A DNA stretch of 53,908 nucleotides, counting the filler, from Bdellovibrionales bacterium RIFOXYD12_FULL_39_22 (GTDB lineage: Bacteria; Bdellovibrionota; Bacteriovoracia; Bacteriovoracales; Bacteriovoracaceae): the NCBI GenBank assembly GCA_001770205.1. It is 3 parts of 3 records of this genome, joined end to end, with 100 filler letters (N's around TTAATTAATTAA, not from the genome) between each part and the next. Parts side by side here need not be neighbours in the genome. Positions count along the whole stretch, not along the records: positions 1 to 23,759 come from MEQL01000046.1; 2 more parts are not named here. One strand, given 5' to 3'. Within the stretch, counting starts at the first letter, position 1. Every line of letters starts with the position of its first letter. Shown here piece by piece: positions 1 through 7,272 of this stretch. The notes beneath the pieces were generated by a model. The model had not been told where the DNA came from. It searched no databases and saw nothing but the letters and a program-made list of their open reading frames with translations. The position numbers were made by a program, and so were the translations under genes.

Positions 1-81
1 CTATGGGAAGGCCTGCGGTGCGTCATAAAATGCATTTTTTTTATTTTTTTTAACTTAAAATATTATCTGTGAAAGCCTTAC
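1..81 (-). mobile_element. End of an IS91-family element (second copy; runs off the window edge)
   Basis: 1..81 is the exact reverse complement of 23668..23748. Identity stops at CCTTAC (81), where it abuts a pentapeptide-repeat reading frame. Confidence 0.8.
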
Positions 82-102
82 AGAAGTCTTAAGGGAGCCG
101 TC

Positions 103-1515
103 ATGGATTATTGTGATCTCAAAGGCGCAAACCTTGAAAACACCAATCTCTCTGGCGCTAGCCTTCGCGGAGCAATTTTTGATAGCTCTACAAGATTTAA
201 AGGAGCCATCTACTCTGACCAAACAGTTCTTCCTTTTCCTGAAGCTTATGCTCAATCACGAGGTATGGTCCTGTTGGGATCGGAAGAAATTAATGAAAGT
301 TTTAACGATCTCTTTGAATATTATGTTTATTCAAGCAACAGATACAACGATATCCATGGCCTACTTCTCGAGGCAGCACGACTTATAGATCTAGGCGCAA
401 ACGTAAACTACAAAAAAGGGCCAGGAGCTTATACTCCGCTAATCAACGCGATTAACAAATTTCAAAAGGATGACCTGCCTTTAACAGTGAAATTTTTGGT
501 TGACAATGGAGCTGACCCAAACCTTATGGGCGGCTTCATGGATAAAGACATACCTCTTATGTTTGTTTTTAAAAGAGGTGGCATTCAAGAAATTGAACTA
601 AATGTTATTCAGATACTTCTAGAAGCAGGTGCTTTTGGAAACTCTGTTAAAGTTGCCAAGGAAATTAGCCAAAGAGCTTCGTCTGGTTACCGTGGTACGA
701 CTTATGATTTATTGAAACTTTTTTTAAGTTATGGACTGAATCCAAATTTAAGGTGGGGTGATGATTATGATTACTATGGGAAAAATTGTACAAGCCTGAT
801 AACTGCTCCTGGAGAAGATTATGATCGTCCAGCAGACTTTGTTGAACTTTTACTTCAAAACGGCGCAGCGCTTGAAATCGATGGCTGTCGGCATGTTAAA
901 GTCTATAAATTACTAGTAAAGGATTTCTCTGCTTTTGATCAACGATTGAAGCTTTTTGATGTTCTAAAAAAATATAAAGTAGATATTCCAGAATACGATG
1001 AACTAAACGAACCATTGGCAGTTGAATTAGCAGAAAGCGCTGCAAATTCCAAGACGTTAAAATGCAAACTAGAACTCTTTAAAAAAGCTGAAGAGCTCGG
1101 TGTTAATTTTCAACTGATCGGAAAAATTCCTAATCCAAACCCTCCAGCTAACGCAGGATCATATGGCCATAACGCTTTGATGGTATACCTTCGGTTATCT
1201 TGGTTTGGAAAAACATACGATGACGGTAGACCTATGCAAGAATATGACCTGCAGACAGATCAGGCTATCATTGAGTTTTTAAAAAATAAGGGTCTCGATC
1301 CTGATGCGCGCGATAATCATGGTCGCAATATTCTCCATAATAGTGCTGCACTTACGCCGGCCAGAACAGATGAACTCTCGTATAAGTACTTTAAACGGTT
1401 AGTTGATGCGGGCGTAGACATTTATGCAGAAGATGAATTTGGTTATGGTGTTCTACACTATGCTACGTGGCCTTGGGTCAGGGACGCACTGCTCAAGTTA
1501 GGAGCAAAAGAGTAA
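103..1515 (+). CDS. Pentapeptide-repeat + ankyrin-repeat protein, N-terminus probably cut by the IS
   Basis: Pentapeptides LKGAN/LENTN/LSGAS/LRGAI and several ankyrin motifs (TPLINAI..GADPN; GRNILHNSA; GYGVLHYA). The pentapeptide frame continues upstream of the ATG (RSLKGAV) right up to the IS junction at 81/82. Confidence 0.8.
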   Translation: MDYCDLKGANLENTNLSGASLRGAIFDSSTRFKGAIYSDQTVLPFPEAYAQSRGMVLLGSEEINESFNDLFEYYVYSSNRYNDIHGLLLEAARLIDLGANVNYKKGPGAYTPLINAINKFQKDDLPLTVKFLVDNGADPNLMGGFMDKDIPLMFVFKRGGIQEIELNVIQILLEAGAFGNSVKVAKEISQRASSGYRGTTYDLLKLFLSYGLNPNLRWGDDYDYYGKNCTSLITAPGEDYDRPADFVELLLQNGAALEIDGCRHVKVYKLLVKDFSAFDQRLKLFDVLKKYKVDIPEYDELNEPLAVELAESAANSKTLKCKLELFKKAEELGVNFQLIGKIPNPNPPANAGSYGHNALMVYLRLSWFGKTYDDGRPMQEYDLQTDQAIIEFLKNKGLDPDARDNHGRNILHNSAALTPARTDELSYKYFKRLVDAGVDIYAEDEFGYGVLHYATWPWVRDALLKLGAKE

Positions 1516-1547
1516 CGAAAATGTTATTTTCATGGCTCACATAATTG

Positions 1548-1741
1548 AATATAAAAGAAGTTTCAGCTAGAAGTTCGAGAGGCTTTGTCTTCTGGCCGAC
1601 CAAAATTCCCAGGGAATTTCGTACACGCGCGCGTCTTTTGGGTTTTTTAGAGTTTGCCAACAATTTTAGTTCTAAGATTTTAGAATTTCGGGTAGGATTT
1701 CAGAGCGGAGGGGAGTTTGAAGACCCCATTTATGGCTCCTA
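1548..1741 (+). repeat. ~190-bp direct repeat, copy 1
   Basis: AATATAAAAGAAGTTTCAGCTAGAAG...CGTACACGCGCGCGTC...AGACCCCATTT aligns, with scattered mismatches, to 6410-6603. Confidence 0.95.
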
Positions 1742-1861
1742 AGGACAGTGATGACTCCAAATAATTTTAAAATTTATCTTTATAATGTCTGTCTGCAGCA
1801 TGACAAAGACAACAGGGATCAGTAATATTATAAAGCCCGTAAGAAAATCAAGGAATATTAA

Positions 1862-3406
1862 ATGCTTGAACCAACCCTATGCCCTATAAAGCACTCTGAC
1901 AGTATAGGTTTAAAATTCATAAACACTACCCCCTCAAAACAGGAGGAGCTAGGTCAGTATTTTACCTCTGAAGAAGTGGCGATTTATATGGCTCAGCGTC
2001 TAGTATTGCCTAAAGAGGACAATATAAGGCTCTTGGATCCAGGAGCTGGTAGTGGGGTTCTTGTTGCCTCAGCAATAAAACATCTCGCAGCCCTAGATAC
2101 AAAAAAAAGAAAAACATTTTCAGCTACTCTTTATGAGATTGATGACAAAATAATTACATCACTCAAAAAGGCCATGAACTTCTTGAAAGAGTGGTGTAGC
2201 AACAATGGTATTTCATTTTCCTATACCATTAAAAACGAAGATTATGTTTTAGCTAATTCAAGTGCCCTTAATGATGGTCTTCCTCTTTTTAAAAAGGAAC
2301 AATTTGAAATCATCATTTCAAATCCTCCATACTTTAAAATCTCCAAGGACGATGAAAGGGCAAAATGTTGTTCAAAGTTAGTGCACGGTCAACCGAATAT
2401 CTATTTTCTTTTTATGGGAGTAGCGGCAAGCCAACTCGTTTCAAATGGACAGATTGTCTTTATCACTCCAAGAAGTTTCTCCTCTGGACAATACTTTAAA
2501 TCTTTTAGAAAACATTTTTTTGAACAAATACATTTAAAACAGATTCATGTTTTTGAAAGTCGCACCAATGCTTTTGAAAGAGATTCTGTCTTACAAGAAA
2601 ATATTATTACCTATGGGATTCAAGGTGAGCCAGAAGATCTAAATGAAATACTGATTACTTCAAGTAATGGTAAGTCTGACCTCGGTTCCTCATCCAAGAT
2701 GAAAGTTGAAAAATCTTTTATTGTTGATACAACAAATGATTATTCTTTAAGATTGCCTACAAACGAAGAAGACCTACGCCTCCTGAAAATGATTAATTCT
2801 TGGACAAACTCTTTGGAAAAAATGGAGCTTAAAATTTCAACAGGGCCGATTGTCCCTTTTCGGGCTACAGAATTTTTACAAAAAGAAGAAGGCCAATACT
2901 CTGTTCCATTGCTTTGGGTTCAACATATTCTACCAATGAAAGTGAAATTTCCCCTTGAGGTATTTCGCAAGGAACAGTGGTTTAATCACACTTCTATTTC
3001 AGAGAAACAGCTCGTTGATGATCAGAATATGATTCTAATGAGACGATTTAGCCCCAAAGAAGATTTTCGACGAATTACAGTTGCCCCATACGAAAAGAAA
3101 TCCTTAAAACATGAAAAAATTGGGTTAGAAAATCATCTAAATTATATCTATGATTCCAAGAAAAAGTTTTCCAAAGAAGAAATGTATGGATTGGCAGGAT
3201 ATTTAAGTTCTCAATTATTTGATTCATACTTTAGGGTCATTAATGGGAACACCCAAGTAAGTGCAACTGAGCTTAGGGCCGCTCCACTTCCAAGCAAAAA
3301 TATTATTGCAGAAATTGGGGACTTAATTTTAAAAACAAAGGCGATAACACATTCATCAATAGACAATATTGTTGAGTGTGTTATTGGATTTAGGGATTCT
3401 CTATGA
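1862..3406 (+). CDS. Type II N6-adenine DNA methyltransferase (BsuBI/PstI-like)
   Basis: GQYFT, motif I LLDPGAGSG, motif IV NPPY, and a C-terminal NGNTQVSATELR typical of M.PstI/M.BsuBI. Overlaps the REase start (ATGA). Confidence 0.92.
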   Translation: MLEPTLCPIKHSDSIGLKFINTTPSKQEELGQYFTSEEVAIYMAQRLVLPKEDNIRLLDPGAGSGVLVASAIKHLAALDTKKRKTFSATLYEIDDKIITSLKKAMNFLKEWCSNNGISFSYTIKNEDYVLANSSALNDGLPLFKKEQFEIIISNPPYFKISKDDERAKCCSKLVHGQPNIYFLFMGVAASQLVSNGQIVFITPRSFSSGQYFKSFRKHFFEQIHLKQIHVFESRTNAFERDSVLQENIITYGIQGEPEDLNEILITSSNGKSDLGSSSKMKVEKSFIVDTTNDYSLRLPTNEEDLRLLKMINSWTNSLEKMELKISTGPIVPFRATEFLQKEEGQYSVPLLWVQHILPMKVKFPLEVFRKEQWFNHTSISEKQLVDDQNMILMRRFSPKEDFRRITVAPYEKKSLKHEKIGLENHLNYIYDSKKKFSKEEMYGLAGYLSSQLFDSYFRVINGNTQVSATELRAAPLPSKNIIAEIGDLILKTKAITHSSIDNIVECVIGFRDSL

Positions 3407-4347
3407 AAATGAAAAAAATTAAAGAAGCTCAGGAAATTCTCAAAGCACTAGGTCTTGAAAAGCAGCAGCAAAATGAGATTTCTGCATTAACATTACTTGC
3501 CCTTGCAAGCATTTCTCCTCGTTCAAAATGGAATAGTGCTCAAAAAAAATCTCTTACGATCTCAAAAGGTATCATGGTTTTTGTTTCTGAAGTTTACGAA
3601 AAAAATTATAAACCGAACTCAAGAGAGTCTTTTAGGCGTCAAGTTCTTCATCAATTCACCCAAGCGGGTGTAACTGACTACAATCCAGACGACCCCACGC
3701 TTGCTGTCAATAGTAGTAAAGCTCATTATGCCCTTACCGATGAAGCCATTGATGTTATCAAGGCTTTTGGAACTTCTTCCTTTGGACCTCTTAGTAAAAA
3801 ATTTATTGAAAGCCTTACAGAGAGACAGGCTAAACACCAAACAAAACGTAATATCGAAAGAATCCCCCTTAAACTCTCAGATGGAAGAGAGTTCCTTTTA
3901 TCACCAGGCTCACACAATGAGGTTGGAGTTGCAGTCGTTCAGGAGTTTGCATCTCGGTTTGCGAAGGGAGCAAATCTTCTTTATCTTGGGGATACTGAAA
4001 ATAAAGAAATTATTTTTGAGAAAGAAATTTTAAAGGATTTGGGGTGTGAGATTATTGATCACGGCAAACTCCCCGATGTTATCTTATATTTGAAAGAGAA
4101 ACGGTGGCTCTTTCTTGTGGAGTGTGTGACATCCCATGGGCCTGTTTCTCAAAAGCGTGTGAATGAGCTGAGGGGTCTTTTTCCAGAGAAAAACTTTGGG
4201 ATAATTTTTGTAAGTGCTTTCCCTGATGCCACTGTGTTTAGGAAATATGTTGCAGACATAGCTTGGGATACCGAGGTGTGGCTTGCCGATGCACCAGACC
4301 ACTTAATTCATTTTAACGGCGACCGTTTTATGGGGCCAAGGAGATAG
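3403..4347 (+). CDS. BsuBI/PstI-family type II restriction endonuclease
   Basis: NSRESFRRQVLHQF, LSPGSHN, HGKLPDV, LVECVTSHGP, IAWDTEVW, HLIHFNGDRF; adjacent to the cognate MTase. Confidence 0.93.
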   Translation: MKMKKIKEAQEILKALGLEKQQQNEISALTLLALASISPRSKWNSAQKKSLTISKGIMVFVSEVYEKNYKPNSRESFRRQVLHQFTQAGVTDYNPDDPTLAVNSSKAHYALTDEAIDVIKAFGTSSFGPLSKKFIESLTERQAKHQTKRNIERIPLKLSDGREFLLSPGSHNEVGVAVVQEFASRFAKGANLLYLGDTENKEIIFEKEILKDLGCEIIDHGKLPDVILYLKEKRWLFLVECVTSHGPVSQKRVNELRGLFPEKNFGIIFVSAFPDATVFRKYVADIAWDTEVWLADAPDHLIHFNGDRFMGPRR

Positions 4348-4348
4348 T

Positions 4349-5368
4349 ATGAAAATAGACAGAAAACCAACACCGCAAGACGTTACTTGGTTTCTCGATA
4401 TGAACAACAACAAACGACTTGATCTTTCTCCGTCATATCAGCGAAAAAGTGTTTGGAATAAAAGCGATAGAGAATTTTTTTTAGATACAATTATTAACAA
4501 TTTTCCCTGTCCTCCTGTTTTTATTCACAAAGATATGGATCCTGACGGAAATGCAAAATATAGAGTAATAGATGGGAAACAACGCCTATTAACCGTGATT
4601 ATGTATTCACAAGACGAATTTGCCGTTAGCAATGATGACGAAGCTCATCCCCTTGCAGGAAAGAAATTCTCAGAAATTGATCCTGATTTTAAAAAAGCAT
4701 TTTGGAATTACACGTTTCCTGTCGAACTGATTAACGAAGACAATAAAGAAGTTTTAAAAGGAATTTTTGATCGGCTTAATCGAAATAACAAAGCCCTAAA
4801 TCCACAAGAGTTGAGAAAAGCTCGATATGAAGGAAATCTACAGAAATTTATTGAAAAAGAAAGCGAGGATCCATATTGGGCAAATCTCGTTCGATTCAGT
4901 AAGCACGATTTTTCAAGGATGGTGGACCATCAGTTTATTTGTGAAATAATATTGATGTTAAGCGATCGAAAAATTCATGGATTCGATCACTTTGAATTAG
5001 ATGAATTTTATGCTCAAAATGACAAAGAGTTTGAACAAGAAGCCTATATTAAAGAACACCTCGATTTACTTAAAAACTTTTTTACTCAAGTTAACAATCA
5101 GGAAGGTACACTTAAAGAATTTTTTTATACTAGATCAGCAGTTTATTCACTGTGGTCTTTATTTATGCCCTTAGCGAAGTCGTTACCTACTGATCTAAAG
5201 GATATTTCTCAAAAGTTTACTAATTTTGCTGCTAGCCTTAACGAGGAAGGAGAAAATTCAGAGGATCCAAGTGTTAAAGACTATGCCATATACAACAAAG
5301 GAGCGACTACGGATCGAACTCCAAGGGAAAAGAGGTTCCTCGCTCTTAAAAGCTATTTTTCTTTCTAA
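4349..5368 (+). CDS. DUF262 (GmrS/ParB-Srx-like) domain protein
   Basis: YQR..VW, VIDGKQRL and IFDRLN motifs. No DUF1524/HNH C-terminal domain is recognisable. Confidence 0.88.
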   Translation: MKIDRKPTPQDVTWFLDMNNNKRLDLSPSYQRKSVWNKSDREFFLDTIINNFPCPPVFIHKDMDPDGNAKYRVIDGKQRLLTVIMYSQDEFAVSNDDEAHPLAGKKFSEIDPDFKKAFWNYTFPVELINEDNKEVLKGIFDRLNRNNKALNPQELRKARYEGNLQKFIEKESEDPYWANLVRFSKHDFSRMVDHQFICEIILMLSDRKIHGFDHFELDEFYAQNDKEFEQEAYIKEHLDLLKNFFTQVNNQEGTLKEFFYTRSAVYSLWSLFMPLAKSLPTDLKDISQKFTNFAASLNEEGENSEDPSVKDYAIYNKGATTDRTPREKRFLALKSYFSF

Positions 5369-6381
5369 TGAAAATACCAAAACAAATTTCGGAGATATAT
5401 TCTGATCTTGAACCAAAGTACAAGCTATTAATGGCGAATGTTGATGATATATTACATTCACTAATCAAGGAGAAAAATTGGTTTTATAGGAGTCGGATAA
5501 AAAGACAAAATAGCTTTTATCAAAAAATAGAAACCAATTCACAGTATTCTGTAGGCAATTATGAAGATTTTTTTGGATGTGAAATAATTGTTGATACAAA
5601 AAGTGAAATTAACGAAGCAGTAAAATTAATCCAAGATTACTTTATGATTAATTATCAACGACCAAAGCAATTAGATTCAACCTCAGACAATCCTTATGAT
5701 TTTAAATTTTCTGATTTGAGATTGTATGTATCTAAAAGTTCGCCAGTTGGTATGCCAGAAAAGCCTTGGTATAATCTGGTATTTGAAATACAGATTAAAA
5801 CAATCTTCTCATATTCATGGTCCAAGGCGACACATGATTTGATTTATAAAGCAGGAGAGGTTTCGTGGGCAAAAGAGAGAGTTGCTTTCCAAGTCAAAGC
5901 AATGCTCGAACAATCGGAATATGCAATATCCAATATTGCAATTACGAATGATAATTTTTTCCCAGAGCATCCAAAGTTCTCTTCTCAGAAGAAATTAATA
6001 AATCTTTTTTCTTCCAAATGGCCCAACGAACTTCTCCCAGATGATATGAGGCGGTGTACGGAAAATATTTTAAAACTCGGACTTTCATTTCGAGCATCTC
6101 ATCATGAGACGCTTCAACTTATTAATAATTGTCTGACCGATGATTTCGTGACAAAGCACCGTGAGCTTTCTCCATTTTTTGCTTCATTAGTTATTTTTAC
6201 ATCATCAGAATTTGCAGTAAATATAGATGAAAAAAACCCAACGCTTAGAAATAAGTTTTATATATTTGAAGAAATCGTTTCTTATATTAGTCAGAATTTT
6301 TTTGATAAACTTGTCACTAATGAGTACGTTTTTTTACTTTCAACCAATAAGGATTCTGCAACCACTTGCAACCAGTCATAG
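5368..6381 (+). CDS. RelA/SpoT synthetase-domain (small alarmone synthetase-like) protein with unknown C-terminal domain
   Basis: SRIK..S...K, DFFGCEII, FEIQIKT and W....HDLIYK motifs; coupled to the DUF262 gene by a TAATG overlap. Confidence 0.82.
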   Translation: MKIPKQISEIYSDLEPKYKLLMANVDDILHSLIKEKNWFYRSRIKRQNSFYQKIETNSQYSVGNYEDFFGCEIIVDTKSEINEAVKLIQDYFMINYQRPKQLDSTSDNPYDFKFSDLRLYVSKSSPVGMPEKPWYNLVFEIQIKTIFSYSWSKATHDLIYKAGEVSWAKERVAFQVKAMLEQSEYAISNIAITNDNFFPEHPKFSSQKKLINLFSSKWPNELLPDDMRRCTENILKLGLSFRASHHETLQLINNCLTDDFVTKHRELSPFFASLVIFTSSEFAVNIDEKNPTLRNKFYIFEEIVSYISQNFFDKLVTNEYVFLLSTNKDSATTCNQS

Positions 6382-6409
6382 TGTATTTCGGTGAACATCA
6401 GTAGATTTC

Positions 6410-6603
6410 AATATAAAAGAAGTTTCAGCTAGAAGCTCGAGAGAGCTTTGTCTTCTGGCCGGCCAAAATTCCCAGGGAAATTCGTACACGCGCGCGTCTT
6501 TCGGCCTTTTCAGAGTTGGCCAACAACGTTGATTTTAAAATTTTAGAATTTCAAGTAGGATTTCAGATCGGAGGGGAGCTTGGAGACCCCATTTTTCCTC
6601 CTA
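6410..6603 (+). repeat. ~190-bp direct repeat, copy 2
   Basis: Aligns with 1548-1741. Confidence 0.95.
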
Positions 6604-6640
6604 GACTCAAGGTCGGCCTCAAGGTAGACATTTTTTAGGC

Positions 6641-6766
6641 AAAAGGTTCCGCGCGGAACTCGAAATGGTTCCGCGCGGAACCTTTTCAAATCTAAAATGC
6701 ATGGTCCAGACGTTATTTTAGTCAGTTATCGGGTTCCGCGTGAAATAGATAAGTTCCGCGCGGAAT
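6641..6766. promoter_or_regulatory. Cluster of four GTTCCGCGCGGAAC palindromes (parS-like or operator sites)
   Basis: Perfect copies at 6646-6659 and 6668-6681; variants at 6733-6746 and 6753-6766. Lies upstream of the transfer operon. Confidence 0.65.
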
Positions 6767-6896
6767 ACAACAATTAATTTCCAAATTTTTATTTTATCAC
6801 TTTTATATTGGAATGTTTTTACGTCACGTCTGGACTGATCACCCTGATGTTTTGATCGTGAAGCGAATGACCAATCAATTACCAAGGAGGAAAACA

Positions 6897-7052
6897 ATGA
6901 AGTCAGCAAGAAAAATGCATGAACAGCTTCGAGAGCTACTTGGAGAAATTTCAGTGGAGGAACTAGTGAAAAATAAAAAATTTATAAAAAAGGCCGAATC
7001 AATTCACCATCAGTTAATTAAACTAGGCAACATTGAGCGAGGGATACGATGA
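6897..7052 (+). CDS. Small hypothetical protein, first gene of the transfer operon
   Basis: Strong AAGGAGG RBS before ATG 6897; overlaps the next gene (ATGA). Confidence 0.6.
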   Translation: MKSARKMHEQLRELLGEISVEELVKNKKFIKKAESIHHQLIKLGNIERGIR

Positions 7053-7249
7053 ACTCATCACTATTGGAAAAAGATGTGCTGGAGCTAGAGAACGTGCTTA
7101 GTCCACGAGAAATAAAACGTAGCCTAAAGGTTCGAACAATCCTCAATCGCCTTAAACAACGTGCTATATCGATGACAGAGACTGAGGGGGTACGCTGTAG
7201 AGAGGTTATGTTGGCCCTTTTAGATAGAAATGCGTTGTTATCAAACTAA
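7049..7249 (+). CDS. Small hypothetical protein
   Basis: 66-aa ORF coupled to the upstream ORF, with a GAGGG RBS. Confidence 0.55.
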   Translation: MNSSLLEKDVLELENVLSPREIKRSLKVRTILNRLKQRAISMTETEGVRCREVMLALLDRNALLSN

Positions 7250-7272
7250 TATTAATAAATAGGAGATTAATT

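Noticed and set aside
1545..1742. 65-aa ORF over repeat copy 1, and 61-aa ORF 18157-18342
   Set aside because: Both coincide with non-coding repeat or palindrome structures, and the frame is not preserved in repeat copy 2.
6641..6766. CRISPR array
   Set aside because: 14-bp palindromes with 6-8-bp or irregular spacers, and no cas genes in the window.
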